Assembly (NCBI GenBank): GCA_963713975.1
Contig: OY970218.1
Location: forward strand, 736,001-800,000
DNA: 64,000 nucleotides
Direction: 5' to 3'
Source: an uncultured Chloroflexia bacterium
GTDB taxonomy: Bacteria; Chloroflexota; Limnocylindria; Limnocylindrales; CSP1-4
In this document: positions 18,038-26,314 of the stretch, in pieces
Layout of the letters: every line of letters begins with the position of its first letter
Numbering within the stretch: the stretch's first letter is position 1
Program-made: the position numbers and the translations under genes
Notes under the pieces: generated by a model
The model's database searches: none
Seen by the model: the letters and a program-made list of their open reading frames with translations, nothing else
What the model was told of the DNA's origin: nothing

Positions 18038-19926
18038 TTGGCCTCCTGGGTCGCGGAAACGAGCTGCGGAACGACCGTCTCGAGATCGCCCACGACGCCG
18101 AAGTCCGCGTAGTTGAAGATCCGCGCCCGCGGGTCCTTGTTGATCGCGACGACCGTGTCGGACATCTGCATCCCGGACACGTGCTGCACGGCCCCCGAGA
18201 TGCCAACCGCGACGTACAGCTTGGGCGCGACGGTCTGGCCGGTCTGGCCGACCTGGTAGTCGTGGGTCGAGTAGCCGTCCTCGACCGCGTGGCGCGAGGC
18301 CGCCACCTTGGCGCCGTCACCCAGCACGCGTTCCAGCCCCTCGGCGAGCGGGCCGAGCAGGCGCTCGAAGTCCGCCTTGGAGTGGATGCCGTGCCCGCCT
18401 GCCACGATGATCTTGGCGTCGCGGATGCTGACCTTGGAGGTGAACGACTCGACGGGTGTCACGCGAACGCCGTCCGCGGTGTCGCCGAGCTCGGGGGTGA
18501 CCCGGATGATCTCGCCGGTCCGCCTGGGGTCGGGCGCCGGGACCTTGAACACGCCGGGGCGGACCGTCGCCATCTGGGTCGGCGAATCCTTGGTCATGAT
18601 CGTGGCCATGATGTTGCCGCCAAGCGCCGGACGGGTCTGCTTGAGGATGCCGACCAGGTCCTGGGAGCCCTTGGCGTAGTCGCCGATCTCCAGCTTCGTG
18701 CAATCGGCGGTGAGGCCGGAGTCGCAGGCGTACGCGATGCGCGGAGCGAGCTCGCGGCCCATCGGCGTCGCGCCGAACAGCATCACCTGCGGCTTGTGGT
18801 CGCGGACGAGGCCCGCAACAGCCTCCTTGTAGGGCAGCGGGGCGAACTCGGCCAGGCTCGGGTGCTCCACCACGTAGACCACGTCTGCCCCGTGGGCCAC
18901 CAGCTCCGCCGGCAGATCGCCCGCCTCCGCCACCGGCAGGACGGCCACGACGTGCTCGCCCAGGAATGCGGCCAGCTCGCGCGACTTGCCGAGGAGCTCC
19001 AGCGAGACGGACTTGAGGCCGTCGCCGTCGCGCTCCGCGAGGACCCAGAACCCGCCGTGGTAGGTGGGCTCCCGGCCATCGAGCGCATACGCGCCTTCCT
19101 CATGCACCTCCGGTCCGCCGGTCGCCAGGCGGTACTTGGCCTGGACCCTCCGGATCAGCTCTGCCGGGTCGTTGAGCATCTCGCACGTCTTCGCACGGTC
19201 CTCGGACGGCGAGAAGATCCGGTACACCGTGGTCCGGGAGCCCTTGATCCCAACCTTGTCCGGCGTGGCGCCCACGTCGGCGGCGCTCCACGTGTGGATC
19301 GTGGTGGCGCGTGCCGCACGCGCGCTGTGGAAGCTGCGGTACAGGGTGTCCGTGCAGGCAGTGACCGTCACCAGGGCCGGGAAACGGACCGGGACCACGT
19401 CCTCGGTGCCCTGGGCCCCGATCCGCCGGAAGGTGAGCTCCGGGTCCGTGTGCACGTCCTGCGCGTACGCGACCTGGTCGATGCCCAGGTCCTCCGCAAT
19501 CTGGGGCGGAACCTGTGCGGTGTCGCCGTCCACGGACTGCATGCCGGTGACGATCAGGTAGTCGCGACTGCCGTCGAACAGCTCCCGCTCGATGCGGCGG
19601 ATCGCCAGCGCCAGCGAGTAGGCGGTCGCGACCGTGTCGGCACCGCCCATCACGCGGTCGGTGAGCAGGACGGCGTCACCGGGAGCCCTCGAGATGCACT
19701 CGGTGAGGACCTCACGGGCCTGGGGCGGACCCATCGTGAGGTAGACGGTCTTCGCACTCGGGTCGCCGGCGGTGATCCGCCGCGCGAACGAGAGGGCGTG
19801 GAGGTCCAGCGGGTTGAGGATGCTGTCGAGCAGGGCGCGACGGAGCGTTCCCTTCTCGCGGTCCCACGCGTCTTCCGGGATGTTGCTGACGTCCGGGACC
19901 TGCTTGACGAGGACGATGCAGTGCAT
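18034..19926 (-). CDS. Fused electron-transfer flavoprotein beta-alpha (EtfB-EtfA / FixA-FixB)
   Basis: One uninterrupted 630-aa frame. Beta part: VLVKQVPD, NPLD, TMGPPQA, GADTVATA, DGDTAQV. Alpha part: GLTADCT, TRPALGGNIMATI, QMATVRPG, QVGQTGQTVAPKLYVAVGISGAVQH. Confidence 0.92.
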   Translation of the reverse strand: MHCIVLVKQVPDVSNIPEDAWDREKGTLRRALLDSILNPLDLHALSFARRITAGDPSAKTVYLTMGPPQAREVLTECISRAPGDAVLLTDRVMGGADTVATAYSLALAIRRIERELFDGSRDYLIVTGMQSVDGDTAQVPPQIAEDLGIDQVAYAQDVHTDPELTFRRIGAQGTEDVVPVRFPALVTVTACTDTLYRSFHSARAARATTIHTWSAADVGATPDKVGIKGSRTTVYRIFSPSEDRAKTCEMLNDPAELIRRVQAKYRLATGGPEVHEEGAYALDGREPTYHGGFWVLAERDGDGLKSVSLELLGKSRELAAFLGEHVVAVLPVAEAGDLPAELVAHGADVVYVVEHPSLAEFAPLPYKEAVAGLVRDHKPQVMLFGATPMGRELAPRIAYACDSGLTADCTKLEIGDYAKGSQDLVGILKQTRPALGGNIMATIMTKDSPTQMATVRPGVFKVPAPDPRRTGEIIRVTPELGDTADGVRVTPVESFTSKVSIRDAKIIVAGGHGIHSKADFERLLGPLAEGLERVLGDGAKVAASRHAVEDGYSTHDYQVGQTGQTVAPKLYVAVGISGAVQHVSGMQMSDTVVAINKDPRARIFNYADFGVVGDLETVVPQLVSATQEAK

Positions 19927-20112
19927 TGAGACCTTCAGGCGTGGTGCTCGGACGACGATCGCTCGCCGACCCAGCCGCAGACGGCGTTGAACGGCTCCCG
20001 ACGGGACCTGCCACATGCAGGCGCACCGGTCCCCCTGTACATCACGCCATCGGGCATGGGCCTGGGGACGACACGCAGGAACGTGGGCGAGCTCCGGCGG
20101 TACCGCACCCCA

Positions 20113-20155
20113 AGCATAGGAAACCTGCCGGTCGGCCGACGGGGCCATTGGTCCC
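20113..20155 (-). promoter_or_regulatory. Putative etf promoter: TATGCT -10 hexamer and an upstream GGGNC-N4-GNCCC palindrome
   Basis: Minus-strand TATGCT at 20118-20113, and gggccattggtccc at 20142-20155, centred about 42 bp upstream of the expected start site. Confidence 0.35.
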
Positions 20156-20313
20156 GCAGATCCCGTCCGCCGGCTGCCGCTGGACAGGCACGGCGGCCCA
20201 CGTTTCGAGGTGCAATGGGCCCCGCGGAGTGGCCTGCGGATGCGATCGCGACGGGATAGATTGTTCGGCGAATCGTCGGGACGCAGCGACGGCGTGCAAG
20301 AGGTGACAGGAAC

Positions 20314-21345
20314 GTGGAGACGGTCCCGATCGAGGGAAGCACGACGGATGAGGAGACTCCGAGCCTCATCCTCGCCGACGCGCGGCAGTCGCTGGGTCCG
20401 GCCCAACTGGATGACCTGTTTCCCGAGGGCGACATCTTCCGGAAGTCGCTCGAGACGTTCACCGCTCTCCTCGCGCTGGCCGGGTTCATCGCCGCATTCG
20501 GCCTCTACCAGGACTCGGTCGCCTCCATCATCGGCGCCATGCTCGTGGCGCCGCTGGGCGGCGCGATCATGGCCTTCGCGGCAGCGCTGGTCACCGGCCG
20601 GACGCGCTGGCAGGGGATCACCTTCCTCCAGGTCGCGCTGGGCGGGCTGATGGTCATCGCCATCGGGTTCGTGGTCTCGCTCATCCTGCCCGATCCGCTC
20701 GTGCTCACCCCCGCGCTCGAGGCTCGAACGTCACCGGGCCTGCTCGACCTGGGCGTGGCACTCGCGGCCGGGGCCGCCGGAGCCTGGGTGGCAGTTCGCC
20801 GGACAGGCGTCGACGCGCTGCCGGGGGTGGCCATCGCCGTCTCCCTCGTCCCGCCGCTGGCGACCGTAGGGATCTGTCTCGAGCTGGGCCGCCCCTCGGA
20901 TGCCGCCGGCGCCCTGATCCTGTTTCTCACCAACTTCTCCGCGATCGTCGTGATCGCGTGCGTCGTCTTCGTCCTGTCCGGTGTCACGCCCAGCCGCGAG
21001 ATGCTGCGCGAGCGCCACCGGCTGCGCAACGGGTTCATCGTCGCGGTGGTGGCGCTCGTGATCGTCGCCATCCCGCTGGTCTGGCACTCCATTGGGGTCG
21101 TGCAGAGCACCATCCGGTCCACCCAGGGAGCCCCGCTCGTCCGCGCCTGGATCGGCGGACGGGACCTCAAGGTCGTCTCCTGGTCCATCGACGGTCGCGA
21201 TGTCACCATCGAACTGCAGGGATCCGACCCTCCCGCCGAACCCGGGCCCCTCGCGGCGGCCCTGGCGATCAAGTACGGCTCGCCCGTCAGCCTCGAGATC
21301 ACGTACGTGCCGACGGTGCGCGAGTCGGCGACGGCAGCACCATAG
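20314..21345 (+). CDS. DUF389-family membrane protein
   Basis: IAAFGLYQDSVASIIGAMLVAPL, ARTSPGLLDLGVALAAGAAGA, LPGVAIAVSLVPPLATVG, LFLTN. Confidence 0.9.
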   Translation: METVPIEGSTTDEETPSLILADARQSLGPAQLDDLFPEGDIFRKSLETFTALLALAGFIAAFGLYQDSVASIIGAMLVAPLGGAIMAFAAALVTGRTRWQGITFLQVALGGLMVIAIGFVVSLILPDPLVLTPALEARTSPGLLDLGVALAAGAAGAWVAVRRTGVDALPGVAIAVSLVPPLATVGICLELGRPSDAAGALILFLTNFSAIVVIACVVFVLSGVTPSREMLRERHRLRNGFIVAVVALVIVAIPLVWHSIGVVQSTIRSTQGAPLVRAWIGGRDLKVVSWSIDGRDVTIELQGSDPPAEPGPLAAALAIKYGSPVSLEITYVPTVRESATAAP

Positions 21346-21412
21346 GTTCGCGGCCAGTCGCTACGATGGCTGCTGCCCCTTCGAGGGCCCGGCAGGAGGA
21401 GAATCCGCAGCG

Positions 21413-22246
21413 ATGACCGCCCAGGCGCCGATCCTGCGCGAGCACGGCAACTCGTACAACATCTTCATCCTGGTCCTGACGATCTTCTCGCTGGCCATCA
21501 TGGTCGTGCTCCTGCTGCCCCTGGACCAGGACACACGGGACCTCGTCAATCTCTACGACAACATCATCTGCGTGATCTTCCTCGCAGACTTCGCCTTCAA
21601 CCTGGCCGGGGCGAAGCCGAAGCGCGCGTACTTCGTCGGCCAGCGGGGCTGGCTCGACCTGTTGGGCTCGATCCCGAGCATCGGCGTCTTCCAGCTGGGG
21701 GCGCTCCTGCGCCTAGCCCGGCTCAGCCGGCTGGCCCGGATCACCCGCCTGCTGCGGGGCCAGGCCGGTAAGGATCTCGTCCTCGACGTCCTCCACAACC
21801 GCGGCCAGTACGCGACGTTCATCACGATCCTGCTGGCAGGGATGGTCCTGTCGGTGGCGAGCGTCATGGTGCTGCAGTTCGAGAGCAAGGACCCCAACGC
21901 CAACATCCTGACCGGCGGAGATGCGATCTGGTGGGGCATCGTGACGATCACCACGGTGGGCTACGGCGACTTCTACCCTGTCACCGAGCTGGGGCGGCTG
22001 ACGGCAGTGTTCGTCATGGTCGCCGGCATCGGCATCATCGGTGCCCTGGCCAGCATCCTCGCCAGCCTGCTGGTCTCGCCGTCAGACACAGCGAAACCGG
22101 AGCCTGAGACTGGCACTGCGCCTGCCGACGAACCCGCCCCTGCTGCGCTCGACCCGGCCTCGACGGCCGCGATTGCCGAGGAGCTTGCCGGCCTGCGCGC
22201 CGAGATCGCGGACCTTCGCGCCTCGCTCGGCGCCCGCCAGGCCTGA
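21413..22246 (+). CDS. Voltage-gated potassium channel (6-TM, KvAP-like)
   Basis: S4 arginine repeat LLRLARLSRLARITRLLR, pore WWGIVTITTVGYGD, C-terminal coiled coil. Confidence 0.92.
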   Translation: MTAQAPILREHGNSYNIFILVLTIFSLAIMVVLLLPLDQDTRDLVNLYDNIICVIFLADFAFNLAGAKPKRAYFVGQRGWLDLLGSIPSIGVFQLGALLRLARLSRLARITRLLRGQAGKDLVLDVLHNRGQYATFITILLAGMVLSVASVMVLQFESKDPNANILTGGDAIWWGIVTITTVGYGDFYPVTELGRLTAVFVMVAGIGIIGALASILASLLVSPSDTAKPEPETGTAPADEPAPAALDPASTAAIAEELAGLRAEIADLRASLGARQA

Positions 22247-22267
22247 TCGGATCATCGGGAGGCCGTC

Positions 22268-22534
22268 ATGACCGGGAAGACCCGCGCTGCCGGGGAAGCA
22301 GCCAGCCACTCCGGTGGCGCCGAGCGGGCGCCCGTCACGGTGGCGCTCGTGTGCCCGAAGTGCCATGGCGCCATGAGGACGTACCACCGGAGCGGGATCA
22401 CCGTCGAGCTCTGCGAGGACTGCCGCGGGATCTTCCTTGATCGCGGGGAGCTGGAGCGCCTGATCGACACCGAGGGTGGAGGCTGGTCGGGCATCCTGGC
22501 CGAGCCCGGCGAGCCGGACGAACCGGCCGGCTGA
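22268..22534 (+). CDS. Small Zn-ribbon protein (zf-TFIIB family)
   Basis: CPKC...CEDCRGIFLDRGELERLI, with RBS GGGAGG. Confidence 0.85.
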   Translation: MTGKTRAAGEAASHSGGAERAPVTVALVCPKCHGAMRTYHRSGITVELCEDCRGIFLDRGELERLIDTEGGGWSGILAEPGEPDEPAG

Positions 22535-22566
22535 CATGCCGCCCGGGCCGCCGAGCACGCGATTGC

Positions 22567-23574
22567 GTGGGCTACCCTGTCGGGGTGACCCCTTCCGCCG
22601 GCACTCGTGGCGTGACGCCGTCGGCGGTGCACAGCCGGTCGGCCGCACTGACCCTGCTGTTCCTGCTGGCGATCGTCTGGGGCGTCCACTGGGCGGTCGT
22701 CAAGCGCGGCCTGGACTACATGCCGCCGCTCCAGTACGCAGCGCTGCGGCTGATCGCGGGGCTGCTCACGATGATCGCCATCCTGGGTGTCCAGCGGCGG
22801 ATCCGACTCCCGCCGCGCTCCGACGTGCCGATCATCCTGTCGGTGGGGATCGCCCAGATCGGTGCCGGCGTGCTGATCATGAACCTGGCGCTCCAGGCGG
22901 TGCCCGCAGGGCGCTCCTCGGTCCTGCTGTACGCGATGCCGCTGTGGGTGGCGGTGCTGCTGTGGCTGTTCTTCCGGATCCGGCCAAGACGCAACGAATC
23001 GATCGGGCTGATGCTGGGGCTCGGCGGCATCCTGGTCCTCGTCAACCCTACGGTGATCGACTGGGGCGTCCCCGCCGAGCTGCTCGGGACGCTGGCGCTG
23101 GTCTTCAACGCCATCCTCTGGGCCGGGGTCACCATCCACATCCGGCGTCACGCCTGGGCATCGAGGCCACTGGACCTCCAGCCGTGGATGCTCCTGGTCG
23201 CGCTGATCCCGGTGGCGGTTGCCGCACTGCTGCTGGAGCCGGGGCGGGAGATCACCTGGGGGCTTCCCACCATCCTGATCCTGCTCTACAGCGGGCCACT
23301 CGCGACCGCGTTCGCCAACTGGGCGAGCCAGTCCATCACGCGCTCACTGGGACCGCTGACCTCGGCCATGGGCTTCCTGGCGATCCCGATCGTGGGGCTG
23401 GTTGCCGGTGCGGTGTTCCTGCAGGAATCGCTGGGCCCGATCGACATCGCTGGATTCGTGCTCGTCCTCGCCGGGATCGCGGCCACGTCGCTGGTCCCAC
23501 CTCCGGCCACGCCGGTCGCCGGCGGAGCGACGACGCCGAGCGAGCAGGAGGAGATCGTGACCACGAGGGCCTAG
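22567..23574 (+). CDS. EamA/DMT-family transporter
   Basis: About 10 TM helices, IVWGVHWAVVK, PPLQYAALR, LLYAMPLWV. The start may be the GTG at 22612 or 22627. Confidence 0.88.
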   Translation: MGYPVGVTPSAGTRGVTPSAVHSRSAALTLLFLLAIVWGVHWAVVKRGLDYMPPLQYAALRLIAGLLTMIAILGVQRRIRLPPRSDVPIILSVGIAQIGAGVLIMNLALQAVPAGRSSVLLYAMPLWVAVLLWLFFRIRPRRNESIGLMLGLGGILVLVNPTVIDWGVPAELLGTLALVFNAILWAGVTIHIRRHAWASRPLDLQPWMLLVALIPVAVAALLLEPGREITWGLPTILILLYSGPLATAFANWASQSITRSLGPLTSAMGFLAIPIVGLVAGAVFLQESLGPIDIAGFVLVLAGIAATSLVPPPATPVAGGATTPSEQEEIVTTRA

Positions 23575-23578
23575 CAAA

Positions 23579-23742
23579 GGCGCTGGGCGGCCTAACCGTC
23601 GGGTGCGGCGCCGTTTTCGCCGCCTGGCGGCACGCCTGTCGGCTGGGGGCGCCATGAAGGCGACGAACGTCCCGCTGGGCGGTTGATCCGACGGCTGACC
23701 CGATCGTAGAACCGCTGGGCGGCGTAGATGGGGCGCCTGGCC
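23579..23742 (+). repeat. Dispersed intergenic palindromic repeat, copy 2 of 4
   Basis: Core 23581-23722 (142 bp) aligns to 36275-36417 with one gap (about 77% identity by manual count). Fills the gap between convergent EamA and kinase genes. Confidence 0.88.
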
Positions 23743-23755
23743 GACCCACCGACGG

Positions 23756-24877
23756 CTAGCGGGCGATGCGGGCCCCGCCGCCCCGCATGACCTGCTCGAC
23801 CTCGGCGCGGGTGGCCATTGACGTGTCGCCGGGCGTGGTCATCGCCAGGGCACCGTGCGCGGCCCCGTACTCCACCGCCGCCTGCGGGCCGAGCCCCTCG
23901 AGGAACCCGAAGATGAGGCCCGAGGCGAAGGAATCGCCGCCACCGACACGGTCCAGGATCTCCAGACCCTCGCGCGTCGGGGCCTCGTGGAGCGTCCCGT
24001 CCGCCCAGCACACCGCGCCCCAGTCGTTGCGCGTCGCCGTGCGCGCGGTGCGCAGCGTGGTCGCGATGATGCGGAGGTCTGGGTAGGCCGTCGCGACCTG
24101 CCCGATCATGCGCCCGAAGCTTGCCTGGTCCAGGGCGGAAGGGTTGGCGTCCAGGGCGGAAGGGCTGGCGTCCAGCTCGCCGACCTCGAAGCCGAGCGCC
24201 GTCGTGAAGTCCTCCTCGTTGCCCAGCAGGACATCCACGAGCCCCACGAGCTCACGGTTGACCTCGCGTGCGCGTGCCTGGCCACCGATCCCCGCCCACA
24301 GCGACGGCCGGTAGTTGAGGTCGTACGAGACGATCACCCCGTGTCGTCGGGCCGCCTCCATCGCCTCCCGGGCCACGGCCGCGGTCGTATCCGACAGCCC
24401 GGCGAAGATGCCGCCGGTGTGGAACCAACGCGCCCCCTGCTCCCCGAACACGGCGTCCCAGTCCACGCTGCCGGGCCGCAGCTGCGAGGCGGCCGTGTGA
24501 CCCCGGTCCGACACGCCGAGCCCGGCCCGGACGCCGAACCCGCGCTCGGTGAAGTTGAGCCCGTTGCGCACGGAACGCCCGATCCCGTCGTACGTCATCC
24601 AGCGCACGAGCGACTGGTCCACGCCGCCCTGCCGGATGAGGTCCTCGATCAGGCGGCCGACGGCGTTGTCGGCCAGCGCGGTCACGACCGCCGCACGCAT
24701 CCCGAAACAGCGGACCAGACCCCGGGCGACGTTGTACTCGCCGCCGCCCTCCCAGGCCGTGAAGTGGCGCGTGGTCGCGATCCGGCCCTCGCCCGGATCG
24801 AGCCGCAGCATGACCTCGCCCAGCGCGACGAGATCCCAGCGCGTGGACCCGGCGGGCCGGATCTCGAGCGACGCCAT
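23756..24877 (-). CDS. kdgK: PfkB-family sugar kinase, 2-keto-3-deoxygluconate kinase-like
   Basis: LGEVMLRLDPGEGRI, GGGEYNVARGL, WFHTGGIF, SYDLNYRPSLW, GNEEDF, DRVGGGDSFASG. Confidence 0.85.
   Translation of the reverse strand: MASLEIRPAGSTRWDLVALGEVMLRLDPGEGRIATTRHFTAWEGGGEYNVARGLVRCFGMRAAVVTALADNAVGRLIEDLIRQGGVDQSLVRWMTYDGIGRSVRNGLNFTERGFGVRAGLGVSDRGHTAASQLRPGSVDWDAVFGEQGARWFHTGGIFAGLSDTTAAVAREAMEAARRHGVIVSYDLNYRPSLWAGIGGQARAREVNRELVGLVDVLLGNEEDFTTALGFEVGELDASPSALDANPSALDQASFGRMIGQVATAYPDLRIIATTLRTARTATRNDWGAVCWADGTLHEAPTREGLEILDRVGGGDSFASGLIFGFLEGLGPQAAVEYGAAHGALAMTTPGDTSMATRAEVEQVMRGGGARIAR
24128..24175 (+). repeat. 21-bp in-frame tandem duplication inside the kinase gene
   Basis: gtccagggcggaagggttggc / gtccagggcggaagggctggc / gtccag, encoding LDASPSA-LDANPSA-LD. 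Confidence 0.85.
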
Positions 24878-24885
24878 CGGCCGGC

Positions 24886-25296
24886 CTAGACCTTGCGGTC
24901 CGACTCGTCGGTCTCGTCGAAGCGCTTGTGCATCATCGCGAGGGACGGGTCCGGGCCCTTGAAGCCGACGAGGTACTCCAGGCGGATCGGCGCAAACGCC
25001 TCGTAGAACACGACATCCTCGTCGCCCAGCTGGCGGAACGCGTGGACCCAGTTGGACGGGATGATCAGGATCGAGCCCGGACCAACCTCGCGCTCCTCGT
25101 CGGCGACCTTCGACCATAGCCGCCCGGACTCGACGAGCATGATCTGCTCCGCCTCGTGGCTGTGCTCGGGAATGACCACGCCACCCTGGTACACGATCCG
25201 GGTGACCATCACCTTCTCGCCGGACACCGTCTGGCGCAGGACGCCCTTGACGTACTCGACCGTCGGGAACTCGTCCCAGGTCGTGATCTGGCTCAT
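24886..25296 (-). CDS. Cupin-domain protein (KdgF-like)
   Basis: GVLRQTVSGEKVM, metal motif HSHEAEQ, IPSNWVH, FAPIRLEYL. Confidence 0.8.
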   Translation of the reverse strand: MSQITTWDEFPTVEYVKGVLRQTVSGEKVMVTRIVYQGGVVIPEHSHEAEQIMLVESGRLWSKVADEEREVGPGSILIIPSNWVHAFRQLGDEDVVFYEAFAPIRLEYLVGFKGPDPSLAMMHKRFDETDESDRKV

Positions 25297-26312
25297 GCGG
25301 TTCCCTCCCGGGCGGTGGCGCGGGCGTCGAGCCCGCGGAGGATGGCCTCGGGCGTGACGGGCAACGTGTCCACCCGGACGCCACAAGCGTGGTAGATGGC
25401 ATTGACGATGGCGGGGATCGGCGAGTTGGCGGTCATCTCGCCGACGCCCTTGGCGCCGTAGGGCCCGTTGGCCGAGGGCACCTCGAGGACGACGCTCTCG
25501 ATCTGGGGGAGCTCCGCTGGCCCCGGCATCAGGTACTCCGCGAAGTCCTTGGGGCTGTGGTCCCTTACCGGGTAGTACGGCTCCGTGGTCTCGTACAGGG
25601 CGTGGGACAGGCCCATCCAGGCGCCCCCGGTGATCTGGCCCTGCACCAGCGCCGGGTTCATCTGGCGGCCCACCTCGTACGCGCTCCGGATGCTGAGCAC
25701 CGCGACCTCCCCGGTCTCGGTGTCAACCTCCACCTCGGCGACCGTGCAGGCATAGGCCTGGGTGGAGTCGGGGTCCATCGCACCCGTCTCCGGGTCCACC
25801 ACGCTCCGTGGCTTCATGAAGGCGCCGCGCCCGGCGATCGTGCGGCCGTACTGGAACTGGGCCCGCGACGCAAGGTCGGCGATGCCCAGGCGCTTGCTGG
25901 GCGACCCGGTCACCACGATCCCACCCTCGCCGTCGAGCACGAGATCGCTGACCGAGACCTCGAGCTCCTCGGACGCCAGCTGCAGGAAGGCGTCCCGCGC
26001 CTCGATGGCCGCGGCCTTGACCGCGTTCCCCACCCGGTGGGTGCCGCGACTCGCGAACGTGCCCATGCAGTGGGGACCCGTGTCCGTGTCGGCGGTGTCG
26101 ATCACGATCTGGTCATAGCCCACGCCGAGGGTCTCGGCCGCGATCTGGGCGACGACGGTCTTGAGCCCCTGGCCGAGATCCACCGACGACAAGGACACGT
26201 TGAACGAGCCGCTCGTGGTGGCATGGACCAGCGCCTGGGTGGGATCGCCGCCGAGGTTCATGCCGGTCGGGTAGTTGACGGCGGCCATGCCGGTGCCGCG
26301 CAGCTTCGCCAC
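25293..26312 (-). CDS. Xanthine dehydrogenase-family Mo-binding subunit, C-terminal half
   Basis: GTG after AGGAAGGAGG. DLGQGLKT, GTFASRGT, EVEVDTETGEV, NPALVQGQITGG, GAKGVGE. Confidence 0.9.
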   Translation of the reverse strand: MAKLRGTGMAAVNYPTGMNLGGDPTQALVHATTSGSFNVSLSSVDLGQGLKTVVAQIAAETLGVGYDQIVIDTADTDTGPHCMGTFASRGTHRVGNAVKAAAIEARDAFLQLASEELEVSVSDLVLDGEGGIVVTGSPSKRLGIADLASRAQFQYGRTIAGRGAFMKPRSVVDPETGAMDPDSTQAYACTVAEVEVDTETGEVAVLSIRSAYEVGRQMNPALVQGQITGGAWMGLSHALYETTEPYYPVRDHSPKDFAEYLMPGPAELPQIESVVLEVPSANGPYGAKGVGEMTANSPIPAIVNAIYHACGVRVDTLPVTPEAILRGLDARATAREGTA

Positions 26313-26314
26313 GG

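Noticed and set aside
23579-23742. Dispersed repeat as an integron attC site (gcctaac...gtagaac about 123 bp apart; gttgaac in copies 1 and 4)
   Set aside because: The RYYYAAC/GTTRRRY boxes are not jointly conserved. The copies are far apart, in both orientations and next to housekeeping genes, and there is no integrase or cassette array. Not fully excluded without IntegronFinder.
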